In this document: positions 43,801 to 56,123 of the stretch, one piece after another
How positions within the stretch are numbered: the first letter of the stretch is position 1
Layout of the letters: each line of letters starts with the position of its first letter
From: Macrostomum lignano
Lineage: Eukaryota
DNA length: 64,000 nucleotides
Reading direction: 5' to 3'
Assembly: GCA_002269645.1 (NCBI GenBank)
Contig: NIVC01001388.1
Span: 124,001-188,000 of the forward strand
The notes under the pieces: generated by a model
The model's input: only the letters and a program-made list of their open reading frames with translations
Databases searched by the model: none
What the model was told of the DNA's origin: nothing
Translations under genes and position numbers: made by a program

Positions 43801-46472
43801 CATCAACAGTATATTTACTCGTAGTTGTTTGTAGAAGCTACATGCATTGGATATGCCAGCAGGACACTTTTGGTAAATACAGGGACCATTGTTGGGGGAA
43901 GGGGGGTTTAGAGCGTCGGGCTCACGCTTCTCGACCGCCTCGTAACAATTTGTGTCCTTGAGGGTAAGACACCTAACTCTACATTGCTTCAGTTCACCCA
44001 ACTTAAACTCAGGGTGTGTGTGGCCACCCCCCCAGTCCTTGGACTGAACAGCCGTACGTAGCAGCTTTCATGTGCCGCGCAATAGCTGCGGCTGAGCTGT
44101 CGGTTGCATATCCTCATGGGCGCGGGTGGACACCGGTGGCTATGTCCTCATACAACTAGCTGCAACTTCTAGTGCTATCGATTCTCAGAAAGTTTATTCG
44201 TCACGTCACTTCTAGGTACACTGCAGTTTCTAAGTAAAGGTTAAAGTGAGATGACTCAAATCAATCCAGAAGAGCAATGGTGAAGAGTTTTCCTCCATTT
44301 AAGCTCGTATCGTGCGAGCGACTCACATTGCCAGTAGAGAAATTGGCTGCCCCAGCTGAGTTGGGAATGGCAGCGCTCTGAATCTGAGTCTGATATTTGT
44401 CGTAGTCGCTCACGACAGTGGCGCTGGAAAGAAAGGTTTATTGCATTATTTAGCAAGGAGTATGCAGACAGTTAATTATCACTTGTAATCAATAGTTATT
44501 AACACTCACGAGAACATTATGGGGCCTTCGTTGGTAGTAGGAGCGGTCCAAGTGCACGTGACCGAGCTGTACATGTCGTCGTCTCCCGTCGAGTGCGCGA
44601 CGCAGTTGTTTTCCTGAAAGTTTTATAGTTAAAACGGCCCTTTTAAGGGTTTTCCATTGACTTGTCATCGAAAGCGATGCAGTTCGCCTCACCCCGCCTG
44701 GCGCGTACACAGAGAAGTATCTTGGCGGGGCAGTCAAGCCGGCGGAGGTTGAACAGGCGAAGCTGCCCAGCAGGGGGCCGAGGTTGGTGTTAGTATAGCC
44801 GTTCGATGCTCGAACTGCTTTCATTACAAAGCCGGCGAATTTCGTTGAGCCAGAGGCTCCGGCCAGGGTCACTGCGTAACAGTTTTATAAGCAGCTAATT
44901 AGTTATTACGATCACAAGATCATGTCGTAGGGGGGCCGTAGCCCAGCGGTAGCGCAGCTGCTCTGGTGTGCCAGCGACCCAGGCTCGATTCCAAGTGCAG
45001 TCACATTAATTTGGGGCTGAATTGGAATCTCGGCTTGGCTCTGCTCGTGCAATTAACGGCCTTGAGAGCCAACCCCCCAAGACGCAGTGAAGTGTACATG
45101 CCTAACGATAAAAATAAATTTAGGGCCGCTGTACACTCCTGTGTGAGTGTGTGCCTGCGTACGTATCCGCGCGCTTGTATACCTGCTCAGGGGAGTCGGC
45201 GGAATGGGCAGTAATGCCTCTCGCCGGTTGAGTGCCTATGTCGCTTAAAGTGCGCCAGGGTGCACACAACCCCCCTGCCTCTAATAAAAATAATAAAAAA
45301 GATCATGTCGTACCTGGTGAGATTGAGCACTGCATAATAAGCGCCCGAACGACGAGCAGTGACAAAAGAGTGCAGACAATTTTGATACCAATAAAGGCAC
45401 GAACCAACATCTGCACTATCAGCCACAACGCAATTTCTCCCGTGGTTGCAGGTATTCTTCGTATATTAAGGACCACAAAAGATGTACATCACATGACTGA
45501 CTAGCGCCCCTATGTTTTAGACCCGTAGCCTCGATAATATTCTGCATTCACTTGAACTGAACTCCACTTGAGGGGAGGGGCTAAATCATCAAGACACGCA
45601 TGAAACATCCATCAATCACCTGAACTCAAATTGCATTTAGATACGCGCCTGCCGCCTGTGCCAGACCAAGGACTACTGAATTGTAAGAAGGACGGGAAAC
45701 CTCTTTAGGATAAAAATTAGGATAAAAATTAATATAGACTCCTACGCGTAATTTTCTGAACGAGAAAGCTTTATAAATATCGATAAGACCTAAGAAAGGC
45801 GCAACACATATAAAAAAATGAAAATTGGGTCTGCCTCCTATCGAAAGCAATAACCATTTTTGTGCTGAAAAATGTAAACTTCTACTCTCCGTAGTGTCTC
45901 TTTCTCAGAAAAATCTGCCTACTCAAATTTTCTAAGAAACGAGTTTCCCCTCGAGGACTACTTGTGGACTACTTGAGTAGTCCTTGTGCCAGATATGTAC
46001 ATTTAAAATGCGCTCTTGCACCGGAGTCAAGCAGTTTGTGTCATTCACGCTTAATCATGCGTCCCCTACAAAAAGCCAATATTTACCTGTCAAAGTGCCG
46101 CCCGCACTCCAAGTTGTCGAACCGACGGTGATGGCAAACTGAGCTTTGCCAGCAACGCCCGGGTACAAGTCGGTGGCGCCCGCTTTCTTAGTTTTGGTGT
46201 GGAACGGCTGCTGGTTGAGGCACGCGGCTGCCGGGGGTCCCATCGGGTAGGCTGCAGCGAGAGAAAGGGGATTAACAACGTTTGTGTACGAGCTAGGGCC
46301 TGAGAGCTTCAAAACAGCAACCTACATGCATGCGCCTTATATGCCTGTCTACCCTATCTTACTTCCTACATAATAATAGTAATAATAATAATAATAACTA
46401 ACCATCAACCAAGACGGCCGCTAGCAGAGCCGCAAAGATGGAAAACGAACTGGCAGCATTCAGATTCTTCAT
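37803..46472 (-). CDS. FRRS1: Reeler-DOMON-cytochrome b561 ferric-chelate reductase (FRRS1/SDR2-like), paralogue B, 657 aa
   Basis: 12 exons (minus): 46472-46403 (signal peptide), 46251-46087, 44871-44693, 44613-44510, 44423-44327, 43712-43509, 41672-41571, 40618-40390, 40304-40185, 40027-39671, 39407-39276, 38017-37803(stop). Intron positions and phases identical to paralogue A, total 1974 nt. Confidence 0.88.
38140..39242 (+). mobile_element. 5'-truncated, decayed RNase H-bearing non-LTR retrotransposon
   Basis: Broken frames give [39 protein letters not shown] (RNase H) and [14 protein letters not shown] (zinc knuckle); AGTCAAGTCAAAGTC tail; absent from the homologous intron of paralogue A. 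Confidence 0.82.
40770..41290 (+). mobile_element. RTE-like LINE 3' relic split by a younger insertion
   Basis: [28 protein letters not shown] at 40790-40878 resumes as [20 protein letters not shown] after 41176. Confidence 0.65.
40879..41175 (-). mobile_element. 297-bp retroposed insertion with (CAA)n tail and 12-bp TSD
   Basis: GCTGCTGACGCT at 40867-40878 and 41176-41187; minus strand ends CTAAACCAACAACAACAAA. Confidence 0.8.
42330..43370. repeat. 24-nt minisatellite (GGCTGGAATTGAGTCCCTATCCGT), about 43 units, FRRS1-B intron 6
   Basis: Direct tandem units; absent from the paralogous intron 30417-31083. Confidence 0.97.
43905..44120 (+). mobile_element. SINE family 1, degenerate internally deleted copy
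   Basis: TGTGTCCTTGAG..CATTGCTTCAGTTCACCCA..CAGTCCTTGGACTGAACAGCCGTACG..GCGCAATAGCTGCGGCTGAGCTGTCGGTTGCA. Confidence 0.8.
44930..45298 (+). mobile_element. SINE family 2, full-length copy with 14-bp TSD
   Basis: AAGATCATGTCGTA at 44916-44929 and 45299-45312; head GGGGCCGTAGCCCAGCGGTAG..GGCTCGATTCC; A-rich tail. Confidence 0.88.
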
Positions 46473-47358
46473 CTTGGCTGGCTGGCTTGAAACAAACTGG
46501 CGAATGCGCGCAAATTAAAATTACGAGCTCGGTATTAGCGAGTACTAATTGCGAACTTCGGACACAATTGAAAAACTGCCTACGTTGCGTCTACGTAGGT
46601 GGAGATGCCTTGCTGCCTAAATAGAGAATTTTGTGTCTGAGCCTTAATGAAAGTCGAAATTTCTACGTATTTATAGAACAAAGAATGGGCAAGTTGGGGT
46701 TTGGCGTTTTTTTTGGCACAAAACGTGCTTACCATGCAGTCTTAGAGAAGGCCAACTGCCACTATTGGCCCGCCAAGCCAATTTACTGGCAACTGCAGGG
46801 CACCGTTGTCACAGCAAGGCACGTCAAACAACCCCCCCCCCCAAAAACATTGGCATTCTCCGAGTGTACCCCCCGGCTCTGACTCATCGTGTAAACTTTA
46901 AAGCTGAGTGCAGTCGCATTCATCCATTCTCTCCCATCTTCTATCGCCTCAACTGTCGCGTGTACTTTAGTCAAGTGTATGTGAAAGGATTAAATGTGAA
47001 AATTCCCATCTTTCACATTAGTCATGTGAAAATACCGTCTACAAACAAATCAATTCATTTGGGCTCTTTTTATTTTTTTAAATGTCGCAACGTGAAATTC
47101 TCCTAATTTACTTATCAACGTCGATAGAAAAGCTATATCGTTTGACAAACAATTGAGTAATATCTCGTAATAATAATAAAAGTAATAATACTGCGTCAAT
47201 TAAATTGTTATTTCTACAAGTACAAAAGGTCCAGTTCTAGTTTTACGTCAGTTTTTTGTTAATGTTGTTGTTTGACTGCCAAACTACAAATGAAGCAATT
47301 ATATTGTTTTGTCTGAGATGTAGTCTCAAGTTTTATCAGGATGAAACACAGTACAATA

Positions 47359-47655
47359 GAGGTTGTAGCCTAGTGGTTAGAGAAGGTCGGACTCACGACT
47401 GAAAGGTCGGTGGTTCGATTCTCAATCCACTTGGAACAATTTGTGTCCTTGAGCGAGACACTCAACTCTGCAATTGCTTCAGTTCACCCAGCTGTAAAAT
47501 GGGTGCCAGCATTAATTAGCTGGGGTAATTAAGAGTGGCGACCCCCAGTCCTTGGACTGAACAGCCGTACGCAGCCTTCAGATGCGCCGCGCAATAGCTG
47601 CGGCTGAGCTGGTCGGTTGCAAATCTGGCTATTAAGGCAGGTGCAATCAATTATG
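47359..47655 (+). mobile_element. SINE family 1 copy
   Basis: Same head, body and 3' end as 33121-33425. Confidence 0.88.
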
Positions 47656-48013
47656 AGCTATTATATATTATGATAGTTAGCAAAGCTCTAAAAATGATGA
47701 AAACGGGTAGAATATTCACTTGAAACACACATAAAAATATAGTAAACACAAGTCCCTCACAATCTTTATTCTATAGATTTTTTTCGATAAATTCACTTAA
47801 AACAACTGATATTGTAATTTTGCCTTAAGTTACGCGAAAAGGACACGATCTGTAGCCCTATAGCGCAAGATGAAGTTATGCCGCTTTTTACACTATTTTT
47901 TTAAGTTTTAAGCATACCAAAAAAAGAAAATTTAAATAGCATACACAACACTTTGATTCCAGAAAAACGAAAAAAAGAAGCCAAAAGCGTCTGCGTATTT
48001 ATTCAGCGGCACG

Positions 48014-48120
48014 AGAATCAGAGTGCCAAGAAAGACAACGGCTGCTATTAGGGAGCGATGGGACAGCAACAGGGACGCCTTTGTATATGGGGCTCCAATT
48101 AGCTGGGCCTTGACTGTGTG
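48014..48120 (-). pseudogene. Decayed fragment of SLC17 exon 1
   Basis: GAATCAGAGTGCCAAGAAAGACAACGGCTGC is identical to 54999-55029; homology continues across the start codon region (ATG to AGG, TCA to TAA, frameshift). Confidence 0.75.
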
Positions 48121-48399
48121 TTGTCACGCTCGAATCACTTCTACTACTATGGCTGCCTTAAATTCTATGGATGCATTAAATTGTCAAGTGGCTTTAAAGT
48201 AAAGCGCGCGAAGGAACTGCGGTTTAAACCTGTCTAAACGACGGCCTAAACGAATGCCAATTACTGTAACTAACAAATAACTGCTCATGTAATGTAAGAA
48301 CAAGTAGCTTGTACATGTACCCAATGCGATAAATCTGCATTAAGTGCTTCAATGACTCAATTCTCGAACCAGCCTTCCAACACCCATCCTGTTTCCGGC

Positions 48400-48960
48400 A
48401 TCGCGCAAACTCCAACCCCATTCTGTGCCCCGCCTCGCGCAAACCCCCCAACCCCCATTCTGTGCCCCGCCTCACGCAAACCCCATTCTGTGCCCCCCTC
48501 GCGCAAACCCCAACCCCATTCTGTGCCCCGCCTCACGCAAACCCCAACCCCATTCTGTGCCCGCCTCGCGCAACCCCCCAACCCCCATTCTGTGCCCCGC
48601 CTCGCGCAAACCCCCCAACCCCCATTCTGTGCCCCGCCCCGCGCAAACCCCCATTCTGTGCCCCGCCTCGCGCAAACCCCAACCCCATTCTGTGCCCCGC
48701 CTCACGCAAACCCCAACCCCATTCTGTGCCCCGCCTCGCGCAAACCCCCCAACCCCCATTCTGTGCCCCGCCTCGCGCAAACCCCCAACCCCCATTCTGT
48801 GCCCCGCCTTGCGCAAACCCCCAACCCCCATTCTGTGCCCCGTCTCATACAAGCCCCTACTACCATTCTGTGTCCCGCCTCACGCAACCCCCAATCCACA
48901 TTCTGTGCCCCGTCTCGCGCAAGCCCCTGAGAATCACTGTGCCCCGCCTCATGTAAGCCC
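48400..48960. repeat. About 33-35-nt C-rich minisatellite (CCCCATTCTGTGCCCCGCCTCGCGCAAACCCCAA)
   Basis: Tandem units. Confidence 0.93.
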
Positions 48961-50204
48961 GCAACCCCACTTTTATATATGTATTTTAACCTTTTTAATT
49001 ACGAATTAGTTTTAATGAACTAAAAAAATTAAGTAAATAAAGTATCTATACTTTAAAACACACAAACCAACAACACTTAGTGACAATCAGAAGTATTTAA
49101 TCCATTCTGTTAAAACCCATTATCCTAAAGAAATTGTATTTTATCAACGGATAATAGAGTTTAAAACCAAAAAAGAAAAAAAAATCAACAATGCTTTTGA
49201 AAACAAAAGATCGGTCAAATTAGCAACAGAAAAAACAAGTTTAGGGGTGAAACTCCTCAAAACTACAAAATGTACAGTTAAGCCAATTTGCATTGTTAAA
49301 GCTGCGTTAAAAGGGTTAGTTAACTGAGAAAACCACCATTATGAACAATTATTGATTCAGACGATACAATAGAAATCAATCCACAAAATATTCTAAAAAC
49401 GCGAATCACTTTAAGGATTGATTTCTCAGTACAAAGATGAGGAAAAAAATCGATGTTGCAGCAATTCAGCGCTTCAATTCTGCAGCAAAGAAGGCCAAAT
49501 GTACCACGGTAAAGCTTCAAAGAAAATTGCAAAAACAGACGCAAAAAAGCAAAAAATCAACAAGTAATAAAAAACAATTGTGATTTACGAGTACAAGCAG
49601 AAGCACTAGAAATCAAACACATTCCTTGGGTCGTTCGGAATTCTGCGAATTTTCTAATGATTGAAAATGTTCGGGTTGACCTTTTGACCTTAGCCGAAAT
49701 CCCGAACGACTCAAGATAAAAAATATCAGATAAAATGACCAAAAGGCAGTAATTAACGACCAAAAAATACCGGACAATCCAAAGTCTGTAAAAAGTAAAA
49801 AAATAGCCTCAGGATTGTCCAGTGGGCGCGTTATGTTTGGCTAAAAAATAATGAGTGCCATATTAGCACTGACGCACTACTGTAAGTAAAACAGGAAGAT
49901 TTCAAGCGCATCTTTTTACAAGAAAAAACGCAAAGGTCAGAAAAATCAGTTTGTCAATTTAGTTAAAAAATAGTTTAACAAAACGGAATTATGGAAAAAC
50001 TAATTATGACGGTAGCACTTCGAAAACACCGCAGATAGGGGAAAATATACGCTACTTAAAGTAGGACAGTAATAGCAATTTAAAAGAAATAAAGAATTAA
50101 CTCTTAGAAATAATCGTTTCCTTTTGAATACCTTCTCTCTAATACGAAGTATGGCGATTAGGCAGTTATGAAACAATAAGATTTCGATAGTTTAGGAATA
50201 TAAA

Positions 50205-50690
50205 AGGATTGGGACCTGGGGTCGGGATTCAGGACAAGGGATTATTTAGGATATTTGGGACCTGCGGTCGGGATTCAGGACAAGGGATTATTTAGGATAT
50301 TTGGGACCTGCGGTCGGGATTCAGGACAAGGGAATTGGGATCATCGGGGCCTGGGGTCGGGATTCAGGACAAGGGATTATTTGGGAGCATTGGGACCTGG
50401 AGTCGGGATTCAGGACAAGGGATTATTTGGGATGATTGGGACCTGGGGTCGGGATTCAGGCAAGGGATTATTTGGGATCATTGGGGCCTGGGGTCGGGAT
50501 TCAGGCAAGGGATAATTTGGGAGCATTGGGACCTGGGATCGGGATTCAGGACAAGGGATTATTTGGGATCATTGGGGCCTGGGGTCGGGATTCAGGACAA
50601 GGGATTATTTGGGAGCATTGGGACCTGGGGTCGGGATTCAGGACAAGGGATTATTTGGAGCATTGGGACCTGCGGTCGGGATTCAGGACA
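50205..50690. repeat. About 46-nt minisatellite (GGGACCTGGGGTCGGGATTCAGGACAAGGGATTATTTGGGA...)
   Basis: About 10 tandem units just downstream of the SLC17 stop. Confidence 0.93.
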
Positions 50691-50831
50691 TTAAGCCGAC
50701 TTAGGAAAACAAAGAAATCAGGAATTAAGGGATAAGAATAAAAGCCAGATTTCAAGCAACTGGGTTTCTAAGTATTAATCATAAATCATAACCAATGAAA
50801 ATGCTGAAATTCCCAAAAACCCCAGGGCAGT

Positions 50832-53800
50832 TTAAACAGCATTGGCCGGCCCGTTGCCAGCTGAGACCGGAGGCAGCAGCGCCAGCGCGACGCCATCTTC
50901 TCCGATGGCCTTCTTTTCAGTCTGCTTGTCGCCCGCTGGCTTGTCGGCCACCGCCGCCCAGGGCTGCAGCTCGCCTTGGCCGAAGGCGGCGTAGAAGAGA
51001 GAGCCGAACCAGTACACGGTCGAGGTGATGAGGAAAACGCGGAGCCACTCAGACTGGCTGCCGGAGCGCACCACGGCGGCCACCACGTTGGGAGCGATGA
51101 GGCCGGTGAGGGCCGCCACCGTGTTGCTGACGCCGAACAGCACACCCGCGTACCTGGGCGACGGATGGGGATTCGGCTTGAAATGCTTAGGGAGGTCAGG
51201 TTGAGCTGAGTTTCTCAAGACAGTTTCTAAACACACCGATTTAGGCAATCTAAAGACACCGATTTGGGCAATCTAAAGACTCCGATTTCGGCAATCTAAA
51301 GACACTAATTTAGGCAATCTAAAGACACCAATTTAGGCAATCTAAAGACACAAATTTAGGCAATCTAAAGACACAAATTTAGGCAATCTAAAGACACTAA
51401 TTTGGGCAATCTAAAGACACCAATTTAGGCAATCTAAAGACACCAATTTGGGCAATCTAAAGACACCAATTTGGGCAATCTAAAGACACCGATTTGGGCA
51501 ATCTAAAGACACCAATTTAAGCAATCTAAAGACACCGATTTGGGCAATCTAAAGACACCGATTTAGGCAATCTAAAGACACCAATTTGGGCAATCTAAAG
51601 ACACCGATTTGGGCAATCTAAAGACACCAATTTAAGCAATCTAAAGACACTGATTTGGGCAATCTAAAGACACCGATTTAGGCAATCTAAAGACACCAAT
51701 TTGGGCAATCTAAAGACACCAATTTAGGCAATCTAAAGACACCAATTTGGGCAATCTAAAGACACCAATTTGGGCAATCTAAAGACACCGATTTGGGCAA
51801 TCTAAAGACACCAATTTAAGCAATCTAAAGACACCGATTTGGGCAATCTAAAGACACCGATTTAAGCAATCTAAAGACACCGATTTGGGCAATCTAAAGA
51901 CACCGATTTAGGCAATCTAAAGACACCAATTTGGGCAATCTAAAGACACCAATTTAGGCAATCTAAAGACACCAATTTGGGCAATCTAAAGACACCGATT
52001 TGGGCAATCTAAAGACACCAATTTAGGCAATCTAAAGACACCAATTTAGGCAATCTAAAGACACCAATTTTAAGAAATCTAAAGACACCAATTTAGGCAA
52101 TATTTCGTGTCCAAGTAACTTAATATTGAAGTTTTATCGACTCAAACATAAACTGAATAGCTGCTCACCTGGGAGCTATATCCACGTGATTGATGAGGAA
52201 TCCTGAGAAGGCGGCACCCTTGAACGTGATGCCAATCACTAGCATTGCGATGCCCAGTGCGTAGGCATCGCAGCCGATGAAGCCAAGGGAGATGATGATG
52301 CTGCCCGGGCCGCCCATGCTCAGCACGGACATCAGCTTGCGGGTGTTGCGGGTGCTCAGCACGGCACGGGCCTGCAGCAGGTCGGCCAACCAGGCGGCCA
52401 CGAATTGGAAGACGAAGAAGCCGATGTAGGGCAGAGCGGACAGCAGCCCGTTGGCCATCAGAGTGAAGCCGAACACATCCTGGGGTGGGGTCAGAGTGAG
52501 TGAGTGAGTTAGTGAGTGAGTGAGTGAGTGAGTGAGTAAGTGAGCGAGTGAGTGAGTGAGTGGGTGAGTGAGTGAGTGAGTCAGTGAGTGAGTGATTGGG
52601 TGAGTGAATGAGTGAGTGAATGAGGGAGTGATTGGGTGAGTGAGTGAGTGAGTGAGTGAGTGAGTGAGTCAGTCAGTCAGTCAGTGTGAGAGTGCGATTG
52701 ACAGATAGACAGTCAGACAGACTTACAGACAGACAGACAGACGAACAGACAGTTTGTCACTAATACAACTGCCACTAAGACAGGTGCTAAAGACACCAGG
52801 ACACTACCTGGTACAGGCAGCTGACATTCACACAGACAGACATGCGGTAAAAAAACCCTCACCTTAAAGTAGGTGGGCAGGTTAGTCAGGAAGGTGTAGC
52901 CGCCATAGTCGTAGGCCACATTGGACACAATTATAGCCCAGAATGGCAGGCTGGCAGCCACTGACAGCACAGGCAGACGGGCGCTGTGCTTGCCTAAGGC
53001 GGAGACCTGGCCCTGAAGCGAGCGCTGAATATACCGCTTCTCCGCCTGAAGAGTTACAAGTCTTTTACTCCTGTTAGTTTGCTGAGTACGCTACAGACGG
53101 AAAGAGAGATGTTAGAGAATGGCGTGGGTGGGACGGAGACAACAGAATGAGATGAGACATACAAGATGAGACGAGACACAAAAGAGAATGGGGTGAGACA
53201 GACACAAGAGAATGGGGTGAGTCAGACACAAGAGAATGGGGTGAGACAGACACAAGAGAATGGGGTGAGTCAGACACAAGAGAATGGGGTGAGTCAGACA
53301 CAAGAGAATGGGGTGAGACAGACACAAGAGAATAGGGTGAGACAGACACAAGAGAATAGGGTGAGACAGACACAAGAGAATAGGGTGAGACAGACACAAG
53401 AGAATGGGGTGAGACAGACACAAGAGAATGGGGTGAGACAGACACAAGAGAATGGGGTGAGACAGACACAAGAGAATGGAGTGAGACAGACACAAGAGAA
53501 TGGAGTGAGACAGACACAAGACAGCTTTAGGGGACAAAAAGCATGAAGCGATCCCCGAACCCGGCGCCATACCTTCGATATCCAGGGGTGCTGCTCTGGT
53601 GAGTTGTGCACCAACCCGAGCCACACGGCCACCCAGACGCAGCCGAGGCCACCGAACACGTAGAAAATCGAGTCCCAGCCCACCGAGCGGCACAGCAGAG
53701 ATGACAGCGGCAGGGTGATGATGGTGCCGATCTGGGCGCCCGCATAGCTGAAGCCGACCAGCTTGGACCGCTCTATCGGCGGAGCCCAGCCCGACCACAG

Positions 53801-55094
53801 CTGGTGCAGGCCGGGGAACATCACGCCGGAGCCCAGGCCCGTGAGGATGCGCAGCGCCACCACCAGCCGCCAGTCGATGCGGGCAGCCGCGGGCAGCAGC
53901 AAAGTGCTCACCTGGATGGGGCGAAGAGAAGGCAGAGTCTTGGTTACAAGATACTTTAAGCTCGATTCATGATCCTAAAAATAGTGTGTAATTTAATTAC
54001 AACTCACTGTTGTACAAGCAGAAACTACTGTTGTACAAGCAGAAACTACTGTTGTACAAACGGAAACTACTGTTGTACAAGCAGAAACTACTGTTGTACA
54101 AGCAGAAACTACTGTTGTACAAACGGAAACTACTGTTGTACAAGCAGAAACTACTGTTGTACAAGCAGAAACTACTGTTGTACAAACGGAAACTACTGTT
54201 GTACAAGCAGAAACTACTGTTGTACAAGCAGAAACTACTGTTGTACAAGCAGAAACTACTGTTGTACAAACGGAAACTACTGTTGTACAAGCAGAAACTA
54301 CTGTTGTACAAGCAGAAACTACTGTTGTACAAGCAGAAACTACTGTTGTACAAACGGAAACTACTGTTGTACAAGCAGAAACTACTGTTGTACAAGCAGA
54401 AACTACTGTTGTACAAACGGAAACTACTGTTGTACAAACGGAAACTACTGTTGTACAAACGGAAACTACTGTTGTACAAACGGAAACTACTGTTGTACAA
54501 ACGGAAACTACTGTTGTACAAGCAGAAACTACTGTTGTACAAACGGTAACTACTGCTGTAAAAGAACAAGCTACATTCTGTTTAATATTCAATCTCCAAG
54601 TACAATCTTCTGCTGTAAAGTAAACGGTACGGCAGCAAAATCAATAACCAGATTTTGACACCCACCGAGGCCAGGCCGATCATGGCCGCAATCACCAGCT
54701 TGGGCCCCAGGAGCTGGGCCAGCAGGCCAGCCGGGATCTGCAGGAACAGGTAGCCAAAGAAAAAGCTGCTCAAAATCTGACCCTGCACCGTCCGATCCCA
54801 GTCGAACTCGCCAGTCACTCCGCCAGATTCCCAATCAGTCGAATTGGGCGCAGCCGCGTCTCCTACGCTGCCGCTGCCGCCGCCGCACTGCTGCCGGCTG
54901 TCGGTGGCGTTGCCTAGCAACAAGCCGTCTGCGGATTCGTTCAGCGGCTTCACCATGCAGACCAGGGCGATGCTCATGTTGACGCGCAGGGAGTACAGAA
55001 TCAGAGTGCCAAGAAAGACAACGGCTGCCGTGCGGGCGCGATAGGACAGCAAGAGGGGCGCCTTGGCCTCCAGGGACTCAAATGAGCTGGGCAT
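50832..55094 (-). CDS. SLC17A5: SLC17-family (sialin-like) MFS organic anion transporter, 527 aa
   Basis: Exons (minus): 55094-54666, 53911-53573, 53045-52863, 52479-52169, 51153-50832(stop), total 1584 nt, phases match. Motifs LRVNMSIALVCMV, FDWDRTVQGQILSSFFFGY, WAPPIERSKL, NHVDIAPRYAGVLFGVSNT. The family is secure; the exact orthologue is not. Confidence 0.88.
51235..52100. repeat. 23-nt minisatellite (GACACCAATTTAGGCAATCTAAA), SLC17 intron 4
   Basis: About 37 tandem units. Confidence 0.97.
52490..52760. repeat. (GAGT)n / (GACA)n microsatellite, SLC17 intron 3
   Basis: Direct reading. Confidence 0.93.
53165..53525. repeat. 24-nt minisatellite (GAGACAGACACAAGAGAATGGGGT), SLC17 intron 2
   Basis: About 14 tandem units. 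Confidence 0.95.
54005..54560. repeat. 21-nt minisatellite (AACTACTGTTGTACAAGCAGA / ...AAACGGA), SLC17 intron 1
   Basis: About 26 tandem units. Confidence 0.97.
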
Positions 55095-56123
55095 TGACTG
55101 TAGACTGCCTGTTTGAGCTTACTGATTCTTTACTGAGTTGTTAAGTGTCTGTAACACAAAAATTTTTCGTTAGATCAGCCTGCCAGTCAGTTTTGAAGGC
55201 CCGCACTACTGCACTGGGGTTTTATCTACTGTGTTTGTTTTCCTTTCTCTCCCTCCCTCGCCCCAGGCACGCGCACAAGAAACCCAGCTGCGTGATGCAG
55301 TGCGACCTTTTGACTGTTTCATGCGAACTACAATAATTAACCTTAAATCAACTTGTTTCCAAGCTTCCAGTGCAATTTGAGTAAAATTTAGATAATATTA
55401 GTAAAAACACACCAACTGCAGAACCTGGAAATGATTACATGGCTAGAAGCTAAACACACAGATCAGATAAGGAAGTGCACACATTTTCTGAACCGATATT
55501 TTGGCACGCGCGAAGGAACATTTTTGCCGCACCTAAAATGTTGGGGCCTTGAAAACATTTCCAGTACCAATAAAATTGCAAACATTTACAGAACAAATAT
55601 TATTTGAATATATAGATAGGAGTGCAAGACTTGAATTCGTGACAGTCTGACAGCTGTTGAAATTATATATAAATTATAGCTGAAAATCAGCTGACACACA
55701 GGAATTAACCTTAATGTATTATGATTTCAGGTAACTGAGTAGAGCTGTCAAGAAGCTTTATCAGCCATTCTCTATATATTTAATCCAATGTAAGCATTTT
55801 TACATATGTTTTTATTTGGAGTCTTTGCTTGGATAAGGATTTGGGGAGCAGCACAAATTTTTCCACTGCTGAAAAAGAACTGCAGCTGGCAATAATAAGT
55901 ACTCTTTGATGCTAGAATACAAGGAAGCACTGCACAGTGAAATGATACACTGTCTCTTAAGGTGCATTACTGGCAACTAGCATACAAATTCTATGCTTAA
56001 TAGGGGGCCTAACTTTCAGAACTGATTATTTAGCATGAAAGCTATTTTTTTCTATTATGCTATTCTACATTGCATTGCCCTGTTGCATTATATTCTTGTC
56101 TTCTATCTAAATCTAATCTATCT

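Noticed and set aside
48960-50200. AT-rich region with Lys/Asn-rich broken frames
   Set aside because: No recognisable domain or repeat structure; treated as intergenic.
53969-54658. Cys-rich (TSRNYCC)n or (YKQKLLL)n proteins
   Set aside because: Frames of the 21-nt array in SLC17 intron 1.
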